Source: Podarcis pityusensis
Taxonomy: Eukaryota
Reading direction: 5' to 3' (one strand)
NCBI GenBank assembly: GCA_964106645.2
Contig: OZ067045.1
DNA: 64,000 nt
Each line of letters opens with the position of its first letter. The stretch's first letter is position 1. Positions 35,874 through 48,630 of this stretch are shown piece by piece. Under the pieces are notes generated by a model, which did no database searches, was not told where the DNA came from, and saw only the letters and a program-made list of their open reading frames with translations. Position numbers and translations under genes: made by a program.

Positions 35874-37083
35874 TCTGGTGAACCTTGCCATCAAAAACTC
35901 ATTGTACAGTTTCACATCTGGCTAGCCCAAAGCTGCAGCTGTTTCTTCAGTCTCCTGAGGGAGTGTGCAAACCCATTCCTTGAATTTCCACTTTTCAATC
36001 CCATGATCTTGGGTATCCAACAAAAGCTCTGAGGGGAAAAAAAAAACATGTACATTGTAAGTGTGACCCCCTCCATTCATATTCTCCTGCTACTACACTC
36101 AGCAACTACACCCCTCACCACCAGTCACTAGTAATGGGTCATGCCTGCATATAAACATTTTCCTTGCTTTTAAAATACAATATATTGATTTACATGCAGG
36201 CTGATTTACTGCACTGAAATATATACACCCATGACTGAAATGCATGGTCATCTGTGAAGGAGTGTGCTTAAGAAACAAAAGGTTCCCAATCTTCATTAAA
36301 TTCATCACATTTTTATTTACTATGGTGATGTTTTAATAATGTCACTGTAGTATTTATTTTCCCATGCTTCTGTTCCAGGTGCCTCCCTCAGCATTCACCA
36401 TGGAGCTCAGAAGATCATTGGCTGTTAGAATATAAACCAGCAGTTCCTGGAATCCATTGTTTATAGCTTCGTCAATAAATATATATATATGAAAGGTTCA
36501 CTTCCTCCCTTCGACTTGTGATGACATCTATAAATACAAAAAGCAACTATGTCACATACAATTAACGTCAAGAGCGGGTTTTCCTAGATGCTGAGCAGCT
36601 GCAGCTACTGGGATGGGGCAGATGAGGCCGATTACTGAACATGCTTCTGGGCTCTAAACCAAGCCAATACAGAGCCTGGCTCCAATCTAAGCCAATACTG
36701 AGACATGCCTGGCAGCTCCTGCCATGCCAGTTGCAAAGCAGTGAACTCCAGCTCTCAGGACTGCTCCCATCCCGTCCCATCCAATCTCATATCTCTTTTG
36801 ATGCAACGAGGAGAGCAGTTGACCTTTGCAAGCTGCAGAAGGGATGGGAAAGGCAAGGCACATCCCGACAGGCTGCCTGGCAGGGCACCGTCTCCTGTCA
36901 AGTGCTCTGCTGTGGACCTGTCACCTTTGCTCAAGTCTGCCCGCCAGTCTGCTAAGCAAGAAACCAGATCTAGGAGCTCAAAGGGCCTTCCCAGTTGGCA
37001 CTGGGAGAGGAGAAGACATCTCCATAATGCTACTGCTTGCTTCACTTGGGGTATTGGTGGGCTACAGGTATAATAGACAAGTA

Positions 37084-37508
37084 CAGTGGTACCTCAGGTT
37101 AAGTGCTTAATTCATTCTGGAGGTCCGTTCTTAACTTGAAACTGTTCTTAACCTGAAGCACCACTTTAGCGAATGGGGCCTCCTGCTGCTGCCGCGCCGC
37201 TGGAGCACGATTTCTGTTCTCATCCTGAAGCAAAGTTCTTAACCCGAGGTAATATTTCTAGGTTAGCGGAGTCTGTAACCTGAAGCGTATGTAACCCGAG
37301 GTACTACTGTACATCTTATGTTTTATTATTTCCCCAATTATTGCCTCTTAACTTTTATGCTTATTTTCTTAATTGTAAGTGTTTAGTCAAACCCTGCTAG
37401 TGAGTCTGTTTCTTTACAATGTTTCTGTAGGTACATTATAAACGGTTAGCAGAGTCTGTAACCTGAAGCGTATGTAACCTGAAGCGTATGTAACCCGAGG
37501 TACCACTG
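37084..37508. mobile_element. Tigger-like MITE copy 3 (37084-37309) plus an extra duplicated terminus (37444-37508)
   Basis: One CAGTGGTACC end and two GAGGTAC(T/C)ACTG|TA ends, separated by about 130 bp of AT-rich DNA. Confidence 0.8.
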
Positions 37509-38890
37509 TATAAAGATAACAAAGGGTATGGAAAGAGTTGGCAGTAGAACACTCTGGGAACCTGCAGGGCATCTACAGCTGACCTCTGAAGCCTCCTGCA
37601 TGTCCTCTTTGCTTTAACAGGTTCTCCTTGAGGGCTTCCGATTGGCCAAAAGATGCAGGACTAGACGGACCTTTGTTCCAATCCAGCAGGGGTCTTCATA
37701 TATCCTTCTTGTAGGCTTCCCATTAGGACTTCTGGTTGGCCACTGTGAGAATCAAATGATGGGCCTTTGACCTGGTTCAGCTGGGCTCCTCTGATCTTCT
37801 CACATTGCCTCTGGAAGATGGGGACCAAGCCACCAACCTGGGTGGCTTTAGAAGAGAATTAGGCCATTTCATGGCAGATAAAGCTATTGGTGGCTACTAT
37901 GTTCTGCCTCTGCTATCACAGACTGTGTACCCTCTGAATACCACAAGTATTCGCAAGTGGGAGGAATAGCTCTTGTGCTCAGGTCCTGATTGCTGGTTCC
38001 CCACAGGCATCTGGTTGGCCACTGTGAGAATAGGATGCTGAAGCAGAGTCCTCCTGCCCTCCCCCAATTTGCACTGTGTTTCGTTTGCACAGAAATGAAT
38101 GGAGTGGAATCACATAATGTGCCTAATTAATTACCTCAATTACAAAAGTTAGGTAACGTCGTAGCAAACAATGAAATGAACGATGTTGTTTATGGTGGAG
38201 GATGAACCGCAGTGGAGCAGCAACAGCGCCGCCTGAGATGAATGGAAAACAATGCCCTTGTCATAACCTGTGTGGTTTTCTTGTAAGGATTAATGTGATG
38301 ATGAATGTGAGATGCTTCAAAAGGACTACACAGATTTTCAGTGTCATTAATATTTGCCCATGAGAGAGTGTGCGCCAGAGAGAGGCAGAGAGCGCACATG
38401 TAAGCTCGCATAAACCTCGGCTGGGTCTATGTGCGCCCGATAACCCAGCCTGCTGAGGAAAGCTGGCTCCTGTGGGTCCCTAAGGCTAAAGCACCCTGAT
38501 TCTTCATTGAGTGCTAATAGCCATTAAAGATCTTGTTGCCATGGGGCTGAAATATCCAGAGGCGATATCCATTATCTGTAAACGGGCTGCCGGCGGGCAG
38601 TTAACAAAGGAGCTCGGAGGCGGCTGAGCCCCTGCAGATTTTCTGAGACATGCCTAAAATAGATGCAGGAACTCCCAGGGCTTGGGGGAGATGCTGAAGA
38701 GAGCAGGCAGGCAGGCAGCCAGGCACAGAGAGAGCAAAGGAGGGCATGGCAGAAGTGTATGACATTGTGTATGGTATAGAGAAAGAGAAGTTTTTCTCCC
38801 TCTCTCAATTCTAAAACTCACATCAAGTGCTGCTAAATGTTGGAAGATCCAGGACTGTTGTGCCCCACCACAATATCCAAGCGGTGTGAG

Positions 38891-39485
38891 CAGGGCCGTC
38901 TTTACCCAGGGGTGCAAGGGGTGCGGGGCACCCAGGCGCCGAATTCTGGGGGGTGCCAGGTGCCCACTGCTGAAGCCGCCTAAGCTCTTAACTATCTACC
39001 TGTTATGAAACAATAAATATTTTTTATCAAGCCAGAAAAAACAAAATACATATATACCTAGATATTACCTAAATGTATACCTACTGTTTCACTAAAGGAC
39101 TTTCTACTTTGTGCGCTCGTTTACCAAAGATGCGCCATGCCAGCGGCGGTGCTTGTCATTCACAATGGTGTTGTGTACGCGAAATTAACACTTACATCAC
39201 GTATTGGTACGTATTGCATTGAGTGGCAGCGGCACCTTTGACACGACTGATGTTTCTCCCAAGTAGGTGCCTAAACAATACTTATAAGTTAAATGCGGTG
39301 GTGTTGTATACTTAAGTATAAGTGCATTGTAAGTAAATGAGGAAATAAAAAAGTTTGTTTCTTTTTCCTCCCTTCTTTTGTAAACAAGAGATAAGGCGTA
39401 AGTGTGGTGTCTGACATAAGCATAATAAAAGCTAATTTGGGGGCTAAACTAAATTTGGGGGCGCTGGGTGTATCTTTGCACCCCG
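38891..39485. mobile_element. hAT-like non-autonomous DNA transposon (right end lost)
   Basis: Begins CAGGGCCGTCTTTA; GC-rich subterminal GGGGCGC/GCACCC motifs at both ends. Confidence 0.45.
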
Positions 39486-40099
39486 TGGAAGATACCAGGG
39501 GTTCCAGGCATATGCCCTGAGTTGGTGCTTCCTCTGAGAATGAGGCACAGAGGAGACTGTGGTATCTTCATGATATCTGGTTTATTTACACATATATGCA
39601 ACCTGAGCCTGCAATGGAGGGACTCACAGCATCGACACCTCAAAAGGGACTTGTTTCTCCCATAGCCACAGGCTACGGGAGAAAGCCAGACAATATGGGC
39701 TTTGGGCCTGATCCAACAGGGGTCTCCCTATGTTCTTATCCTTCTTTTTGGCCCCAGTCTGTGTTTGCTTTCCACCTTTGGCAAAACAAAAATCAGTGCT
39801 TCCTGTGGACACAGCAGGGTTTGGAGCAGGGGCAAGGCATGGGCCTGTTTCTATGGTGTGTGCAAACACTTAAGTGCAGATTCATTCTGACTTCTTGGGC
39901 CATTGAAATCAGAGTACTCCAGGGTGAGCTGAATTTTCATGCTCTTTTGCTCCACGTTGTTCTCCATCTTCACTCTTGCATCCTTTGCCCCAAAGTTATT
40001 GAGCTCTTTTTTTTTTTTTTGCAAAATCTCACCCCCCCCCCCCAAAAAAACCCCCATTGAGCTATATTTTTTTTTAGGAAATTCACCAAATCCTATACT

Positions 40100-40400
40100 C
40101 CCCACATGTATGGGTTCCTATGCATTCAGATTTTCCCAGATATTTTAGCAATTTCTGCCCGGCCACTGCTTCAGACTGCAGTATTCCGGCTACATCCAGC
40201 AAATTCCAGATGTATGACAACCCTATTCCAGTTCAAAACTTCCATTCTGGCTCGGCTGAGCTCTGCAATTCTGGGCTGGTTCTGGGCCAAACTGCATGCT
40301 ACATTATTCAATCTCCTGCCACTCCCAAAAGAATACTTAAAACTGGCCACTTCAATTATAATGGACCCTAAAACTCTCTATTTTCCAAGGACAAAGTCAG
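40100..40400 (+). mobile_element. Degraded L1/Tx1 ORF2 fragment
   Basis: Translation ..LFNLLPLPKEYLKLATSII..KTLYFPRTKSG resembles the post-RT region of L1 ORF2. Confidence 0.35.
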
Positions 40401-40782
40401 GCACCTACAAGGAATTATTGCTCTTTTTATAGCAGCTCACACAGAAATAGCACATTTCTCGGAATAAGAGGAAAGGTCTGCAATGAGGAAGAGGGCCAAT
40501 GGAATATGGATGGCCACTGGCACATGCTGATAAGCTAACACAGTCATGTAGGCTTGGTAGGGGCAAGGTGAAGCAAGAAACTTACCCCCCCCCCAGGTAA
40601 TTGGTAGCCTTTTCATTCATATATTAATTCCAACCCCGGGGAACCCAGACCACCACTTTCTCAGATGTTATTTTAGCTTCACCGATATGTGTGAGAAGTC
40701 GGAAATAGATATTATGCCCAGACTTTAAATGTTGAAAGATAGGGCATAAGCATTATCCCAGGTGTGATATATACGCTGTGTA

Positions 40783-41136
40783 AAAGGTAAAGGGACCCTG
40801 ACCGTTAGGTCCAGTCATGGCCGACTCTGGGGTTGCGGCGCTCATCTCGCTTTATCGGCCGAGGGAGCCAGCTTACAGCTTCCAGGTCATGTGGCCAGCA
40901 TGACTAAGCCACTTCTGGCAAACCAGAGCAGCGCACGGAAACACCGTTTACCTTCCCATCAGAGCAGTACCTACGTATTTATCTACTTGCACTTTGACGT
41001 GCTTTCAAACTGCTAGGTTGGCAGGAGCAGGGACCCAGTAATGGGAGCTCACCCTGTCACGGGGATTCGAACCACCGACCTTCTGATCGGCAAGTACTAG
41101 GCTCTGTGGTTTAACCCACAGCGCCCCCTGCATCCC
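40783..41136 (-). mobile_element. Full-length Sauria SINE
   Basis: (ACCTTT) tail and tRNA head; 14-bp TSD ATATACGCTGTGTA / ATATATGCTATGTA. Confidence 0.9.
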
Positions 41137-41148
41137 ATATATGCTATG

Positions 41149-41193
<45 letters not shown>

Positions 41194-41209
41194 GTAATAA
41201 TAATAATAA

Positions 41210-41946
41210 AAATATTTACATTTTTATTTATACCCCACCCTCCCCAGCCAGGGCCGGGCTCAGGGCGGCTAATACCAAATATGAATTACAATAAAACGCA
41301 ATAGGAAAAAAACAACAAAAACAAACGAACAAACAAAGTTAATTAAATTACGGTTTAAAATACAGCTTAAAATACAGCCTCATTTTAGTAGTAGCCCATA
41401 AATCAAGACCAGAAAGGGAGGAAACATCAGATATTCACCTGAGCCAGTTATCCATGCTGGTCCTATATGAGCCAGCAAAAAAGCCAAGGGAAAATTTATA
41501 TACCAAATTCCATATAGAGGGTCAGAGTGAGTCTAAACCGGAGGCCAGGTGGAACAGCTCCGTCTTGCAGGCCCTGCAGAAAGATGTCAAATCCTGCAGG
41601 ACCCTGGTGTCTTGTGACAGAGCGTTCCACCACGTCGGGGCCAGTGCTGAAAAGGCCCTGGCCCTAGTTGAAACCAATCTAATCTCCTTCAGGCTTGGGA
41701 CCTCCAAAGTGTTGTTATTTATGGACCTTAAGGTCCTCCGTGGGGCATACCAGGAGAGGCGGCCCCATAGGTACGAGGGTCCTAGGCCGCATAGGGCTTT
41801 AAAGGGCAAAACCAGCACCTTCAACCTGACCCTGTACTCCACCGGGAGCCAGTGCAGCTGGTTAAGCACTGGATGAATGTCATCCCGTGGCAAGGACCCG
41901 GTAAGGAGCCTCGCCGCGGCATTCTGCACCCGCTGCAGTTTCTGGG
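41210..41946 (-). mobile_element. L2-type LINE 3' fragment with residual ORF2
   Basis: ORF 41522..42040 contains QKLQRVQNAAARLLTG...LHWLPVEYR...RAFSALAPTWWNAL. Confidence 0.85.
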
Positions 41947-42454
41947 TCACCACTGAGCCTCTTGGACTTGCCATTGGAAGGTCGGTGGTTTGAACTGAGC
42001 AACAGGGATGGCAGATGATTTGGAGGGTGGGGCACCCCAATTTGCCCTTCTGAAATGTTGGAGGGTATGCCTTGATTTGACTGGGGGATAGGCTGTCTCC
42101 AGCAGGTTAGTGACTAATCCCTTATATCTCTGAGGTCTGGAGGGGGGAGGGAGGAGTTGCTGCCAGTGATTCCCCATGGCTTGAATGCACAGCTCACATT
42201 CACTGGGAGCCTTTCTATGTCAGTATTGTGGGTCCAATTTTGTGGAACTCCCTTCCAGGTGAGGTCAGGCAGGCCCCCTCCCTGTTGAGCTTCCACTGCC
42301 AAATGAAGACTTTAGGGCTTTTATTATATTTTTATTTTTATGTGTAATTTTTTTCGTTAAATTTTCTGTTCTGCAATTTAGAATACTCATTTAAGCAACC
42401 TTAAAATCTCAATGACTTCCCTTCTTCTCTTTCCATGGTTCATTTTGCATATCA

Positions 42455-42812
42455 TAAAGGTAAAGGTAAAGGGACCCCTGACCATTAGGTCCAGTCATGA
42501 CCGACTCTGGGGTTGCAGCGCTCATCTCGCTTTATGGGCTGAGGGAGCCGGCGTACAGCTTCCGGGTCATGTGGTCAGAATGACTAAGCTGCTTCTGGCG
42601 AACTAGAGCTGCACATGGAAATGCTGTTTACCTTCCCGCCAGAGCGGTACCTATTTATCTACTTGCACTTTGATGTGCTTTCGAACTGCAAGGTTGGCAG
42701 GAGCAGGGACCGAGCAATGGGAGCTCACCCTGTCACGGGGATTTGAACTGCCAGCCTTCTGATCGGCAAGTCCTAGGCTCTGTGGTTTAACCCACAGCAC
42801 CACCCATGTCCC
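42455..42812 (-). mobile_element. Full-length Sauria SINE
   Basis: TAAAGGTAAAGGTAAAGGGACCCCTG...TTAACCCACAGCACCACCCATGTCCC. Confidence 0.9.
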
Positions 42813-43556
42813 ATTAAGCAGAATATAAATGGCTTAAAAATTAAAAAAAAAACAGCTTTGTAGACATTGCAGAGTTGGATCGGTGCCTTAGCAAAAACCG
42901 AGACATGTACCTTACAGCTCTGCTCTGTGATGTTGCAACCATATTTGCATGCTGCACTGAATTCCGAAACAAAAGTTTTTAAACAATCAGATTGTGGCGA
43001 GAGTTTGTGTTCTGAGTCTCAAGAGGGGAGCCAGGACACATCTCTGCCTGAGCAGGTATATCAGGAATAGCCATTTGCTGATGACAGGAGCTTGCTGCAC
43101 ATACCAGGCCCGGCTCAGCCTGGCCCAGCCACTCACTCTTTCTGTTCCCATCTCCACCTGTCCCTTCGCATTCCCAGTCATTCTTTGGGAGCCCCAGGGT
43201 GACTAGTAGTGGGCATCTGCTGCCACCTGCAGGCTGCTGCTTAACTCTGGGCATCTCAGAGAACAGAAAGTAAATATGAGCAGGGTGTTTTGGGGATTCA
43301 GTGAGTGGTTCACATTTTAATACAGATTTACTTAAATCACACCTCCCGAATCAATGTATGAACCAAAACACAGTTATCCTCCCGATTCTGCACTTTTTCA
43401 AATAGTGCAATGTAGCGTTCCAAACAAAAAAAGTGTATATTCAGAGAAAGTGTGCATAAGAAGGGGGGGGGGTATTAGTGAAAATAGCAAGCAGAAATGC
43501 ATTAAATTGGGGGAAATTGCTTGCACAAAGGCATGCAAAACTGCATGTAAAATGTG

Positions 43557-43704
43557 TAGGGTTGCCATATTTTGAAGAACAAAAAAAAAGAGCGCACATT
43601 TGCCAACTTCTACTTTTGACTATGGATCGCTATGACAACTCTCATTTTATATGGCCATGGAAAAGAGGACATGTCCTAGAAAAAGAGGACATATGGCAAC
43701 CCTA
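43557..43704. mobile_element. hAT-Blackjack-like MITE
   Basis: TIR TAGGGTTGCCATAT / ATATGGCAACCCTA; subterminal AAAAGAGGACA repeats; second copy at 49190. Confidence 0.75.
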
Positions 43705-44301
43705 CATGGTTAGGAGAATTGTGCGCCATTGTGATACAGAATGTTCATGCACACTTTTCTTTTTGACATTGCATAACAGACTCACAATTATGAAGAGCTG
43801 AAGAGTGGGGAAAACAAGAAACCAAAGTAGATAGATCTGTCCATCCCCAGCTGAAGGAACCAGTAATACCTGCAAGTTTGGATGCTGTGGATACTCAGGG
43901 TAGACCTGCTGAAATTAAGAGACCTCGGTTAGTCAGGTGCTTGTTGTATAGAACTCCAGGACAGATGCTGCCCTAACTCCTCTTTAACCAGTGCTCCAGT
44001 CCAATGAACAACACCGAGTCTGCGAGCTGATATTTTAATTTCCCATAATGCCCCTGAAGTAGTGTCACGTTGGGGCATGGAATGGTGGATCCCCTCCCCA
44101 TAGATTGCATTATGGGCAGGGGACCATTAGAAGGTGCATTGCTAAGAGGTCCCATAGCCCTGGAGTAAGCCCACCCACACTGCAATGAGTTCCTCCACTT
44201 ATGCATCTAGATGTTTTGCTTATCCCTCAATTGGTACCAGACATGGAGCCCTCAAAGGATGAACCAGGCACCCTACAGGTTCAGGACCTTGGGGAGTGAG
44301 C

Positions 44302-44730
44302 TGTCATGGACCGGCTGTGCACAGAAGAATGGTGGGAGGCACCAGCTGGGGAACCCCCAACAAAAGGAAGCTCAGAGCCCAGGGATTGGTGGTGGGACAA
44401 TGATGAATGGTCAGAGGGAGAAGCCTGGGAGAAGAGGGTGGTGGAAGCTGAAGAAGAGGTAACAGGGGTTTGTGAGCAGGGAGAATCTGTGGCAGAGGGA
44501 AGTCTAGAATCAGAGTCAGAAACTGAAGCAAGTGAGGGAGACCAAAAGGCAGAGATGAGTTAGACTAGTGAAGAAGCCAGGGTGTCTCCCCCTCCTGCTG
44601 TGACCAGCTCTCCTCTAGCCTGGTCTCCCAGAACCAGAAGATGTATGAAGAGGGAGGAGCAGGGATGGCACATTCTCTGATTGCTTGGGAAGGGGCTGGG
44701 GGAAGAGGAGATTCAGGCAGCTGTGGAAAG
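44302..44730 (+). mobile_element. Gypsy-type LTR fragment
   Basis: Starts TGTCATGG; purine-rich with an acidic reading frame; 3' boundary uncertain. Confidence 0.45.
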
Positions 44731-47025
44731 GTAGGTATAGGGCAGTATATAATTTAATTGATAACCACTGGTTGAAAAAACCCTAATGAATCATTTCTCC
44801 CACCTACCCCAAATTAATTTCAGGCTGAATCCGGCTCATGTGTCCCCTGGGTTGGGTCTGGCTGGGGCTAATCTGGGTCTCTGAACAGCCCCGCTGAATG
44901 CTGCATCAAACACTTTGCAACAACATCAAAGCAGATAGCTGCAAACTATTATTTCATCACGTTTCCCCCCCCCCTTTGATTCCCCCACTCACTGCTTTGA
45001 GGTGTGGCTTAGCCACGGCACATGAGCCCTGCAAGGAAATGCCCTGGGTGTATTTCAGGCAAATTGTGGTACAAAAACTGTGCATAGAAGAAGGGCACAC
45101 TCAAACGCTGACTGATTTTCCTGATGAATTTTTAAAAAGAAAAGAAAAAAGATCACCAATCAGTGCAGAAAGGTAGCAAACTCGACAACACTGGACAAAT
45201 GAGAAACCAAGAGGAAGGAAAGTTGGGCATGTGTTTTCACCTGCAAAACGTAGAGGGATGGGGAGTGAGTCAGTCTGGGTGCACCTTTAAAAATGCTAGG
45301 AGGTGTGTGCACTAGTGCTACAGAAGGTGAGTACCTAGGCATCAAAGAGCAAGCCTTGCAAGGTTTATCCCCATGGAAAAGAAAATTTCCCCAAATCTTC
45401 CTTGCAGCTGTCCTTCCCCCCCACTGCCGGCTGAGCAGGCCATGCTGAGTCCCTTTTATGTGCTCATTAAATGGGTCACCAGTAGGTAACAGGAGGAAAT
45501 TACCCCTCATTTTATTCCGAGGAGCTGCAGACCCAGCGCACCCCTGTAGCTAAACAGCAGGGTTGACAAAGGAGGTTTGAGAACGGGAGCTGGCAATGTG
45601 GCTTAACCCCTTCCGTGCCTCTTCCGTCCGCCTGGGGGATGTGCAGCGTGATCGAGGGCTCCTGCTTTCTCCTGTGATCTGTTTGCCTCCAGCTCCTCCT
45701 CCATCCCCTCCTTACCTTTTGCCACATTGCCCGTCCCCTGATACGGTACCCCCTCACACAGGACATAGTTAAATAGAGGGAATTCACTCCTGCAAAATGT
45801 AATCATCGCCACCAACTCGTGTGGCTTTAAAAGAAGATTGGAACAATTCAGAGGGACAAAGCAAGCTGACTGAAAGCGTGCCATTGGTTCATCTAGCTCA
45901 GCGTTGTCCACACTGAAGTTTGGGATTTCAAGCAGGAGATTCTCACAACCCTACTTGAAGATGCTGAGAGTCCATATCAAGGCTTCTGCAAGCAAAGTTG
46001 ATGTCTATCAGTGCACTTTCACTTCATGGAGGATAAAACTATTGATGATTCCTAGCAATGATGGCTACATTCTGATTCCGCTGCCAGGGCCAGTAAGCGA
46101 GTTGCCTGGAATTGCAGGTGGGGAGCATTGCTGTTGTGGGCTTCCCAGAAGCATTGGGTTGGCCACTATGAGAGTAGGATGCTGGACTAGGTGGAGAAGG
46201 ACTCTTCTTATGTTCTTCCTGAGATTTAGAGTTGCTACCAAGTTTTGCATTTCTGGGCTCAGAAGCCCTTGTGTTCTAAGGGGAACATTGTTTCTGGTTG
46301 CAAGTGATATCTCAATGTAGATAGCACTTCCTGGATCAGGATGGGGTTGGAACAAACTCAGTGGGCAAACTCACTGAGACTCCCTCTGGTTTGGCTCAGC
46401 GGAGCCATGTGCAAATCTCCCTACCTCCCAACAAATAACAGTTGGTGGTAAGAATTCCCCAAGCCAAACCAAGTCATTGCAGCCTGGGTAAGAACGTGAT
46501 CTATGCAATGGACTCTGGGCTCCAGCCATCAAACTACCTTCTCAAGAGCTGACCAAGCCTAGATTGCTCTTATTATTTCTATTGGAACTGTTGTTCCTCT
46601 TAATAAAAAGGGAAGAGGGGAAGGGGGGGAGTATGTGTTGGAATCTGCCATTGATGTAGGTTGCTTTGGGGATTTGGGCAGAGGTGGACAGCTTTCTGAG
46701 AAGGACCATAGAGAATGCTGATTTTATACCAGGAACAGGGATCCTGTAGACCTCCAGATGTCACTGAACAGCCATTCCCCTCATGCCCAATGACCATGAT
46801 TGCTGGGGCAAGGCTGAAGGGAGCTTTTAGAGGGTCCCAAAACATCTGGAGGTCTGGAAGATGCCCTAATTCTGGTCAAGAACTTTTCTACATTATTTGG
46901 AATCCTCTCTGAACAATTAACTCCCATTGACCAGTTAGCAATTGATCCTTCCAGACCATTAACCATATGCATTTCTGTGCACACTTACACACACACACTA
47001 CAGATAACTTGACTGAAGAGCTGTA

Positions 47026-47266
47026 CAGTGATACCTCGGGTTACAGATGCTTCAGGTTACAGATGCTTCAGGTTACAGACTCCGCTAACCCAGAAATAGT
47101 ACCTTGGGTTAAGAACTTTGCTTCAGGATGAGAACAGAAATTGTGCTCTGGCGGCGCAGCAGCAGCAGGAGGCCCCATTAGCTAAAGTGGTACCACAGAT
47201 AAGAACAGTTTCAGGTTAAGAATGGACCTCCAGAACGAATTAAGTTCTTAACCCGAGGTACCACTG
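47026..47266. mobile_element. Tigger-like MITE, copy 4
   Basis: TA-flanked TIRs. Confidence 0.9.
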
Positions 47267-48133
47267 TATTGCAAAATTCAGAGAAGTGCGAATTTCAAAG
47301 GATGGCTCTTTTTTGGTTTTCACATTGTTTTGGAAAGGATGGATTCAGTTGGTTTGCCTTTAATGCGACTTGAGTCAAATTCCCTCCCCATCCCTAATGC
47401 AGAGAAGCCCTTACTGAGCCTTGCCTAACTGGCGATTCAGAGCTACATCCAGCCGTAATTGTCACCTCCTCCTACAAAGGTGTAGCTTCTGGAAGAGTGG
47501 CGCTCATGTTCAGAGGTGCATTCATGTTCGGAGCCCCACCTGTGACCCTGCTTGCTAGGTGGGATCCCTTTGACACAAAATGAAACGAGCCCCTTTTACA
47601 AGGTCACCTTCAGCCCTTACCTTGTAGTTGTTAGAAGTCAGTGCCTTCCCCTGGGTGGAGATGAGGCCAAAGATTTTTTTTAAAAAAGGAGATAGCAAGC
47701 TATCAGCAGATGCTGGGGCTGTCAGAGCCCCATCAGAAACGGGTACAAAAGACTCCGCAGTGGGGAACAGGCAGAGAATTAATTGGCCTTGTATTGACAA
47801 AAGCAGCAGGCAACACTGGATTGTCAAGGTCAGCAAGGCAAGGCTGGAATCAGGCTACCCAAACACGTGAGATAATAGGCACTGAGAACAAATGCAGAGG
47901 GGAGGGGGGCAGCAGTGGGGCAGCCCATCAGCACAGCTAGCGCACCGAGTGCCATGCAGAGGCAATGGCTGAATTGATGGCGGAGGTGCACGCCATTTGC
48001 TGAGCCTGCAGAATGAATTGGGTAAGCAGGAGAGGGCTTGCAGAGATTTGGTCTGCATTGGTGGTGGTGTTGGAGCTTATCTTGAGCATGATGGGAATAA
48101 CTGCTGGAGGCTCCCCACAATCCTTCCTCCCCA

Positions 48134-48292
48134 CATAGCTCAGTGGTAGAGCATCTGCCTTGCAAGCAGAAGGTCCCAGGTTCAATCCCCAGCATCTCCT
48201 AGCAGGGTTGGAAGGGACTCCTGCCTGAAATCCCAGCGTAGACAACACAGAGCTAGATGGACTTGGTATAAGTCAGCTTCCTGGGTTCTTAT
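48134..48292 (+). mobile_element. Squam3-like tRNA SINE
   Basis: TAGCTCAGTGGTAGAGC A-box, GGTTCAATCCC B-box and tail GCTTCCTGGGTTCTTAT. Confidence 0.8.
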
Positions 48293-48373
48293 ATGGCCAC
48301 CTTCTTCTGGACTGAGCAGAAAACCACTTGGCATTCTTGATGGTAGGTGGTATCCAACTAAGCTTTACTCAGA

Positions 48374-48630
48374 GTTGTTGGCATCCATGTGTCTCGAGAG
48401 ACAATGGAGTGCACCCCTGGGGGTGAAGCCAAACCTCTGTGCTAGTAGCACTGCAGTGACCTCCCTGGGGCATGTTTATGGAGGTCCTGGGCTGCCTAGA
48501 TGACAAGACCCCCCTCTCAGCCTTGCTTATGTGGACCAAAGGAAAGCAGAGCAATAAACTTGGCACCAGCTTGGCTGCAGGAGTTGCCGGAAGGAAGCAT
48601 ACATAGAGGCATCCAACCATCTTAGGGACA
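48374..48630 (-). mobile_element. Non-autonomous RTE-derived element
   Basis: Minus strand ends CATTGTCTCTCGAGACACATGGATGCCAACAAC, an RTE-like 3' terminus, with no ORF upstream. Confidence 0.5.

Noticed and set aside
41522-42040. 172-aa ORF as a host gene
   Set aside because: C-terminus of L2 LINE ORF2.
48134-48195. Apparent tRNA gene
   Set aside because: Head of a multi-copy Squam3-like SINE.
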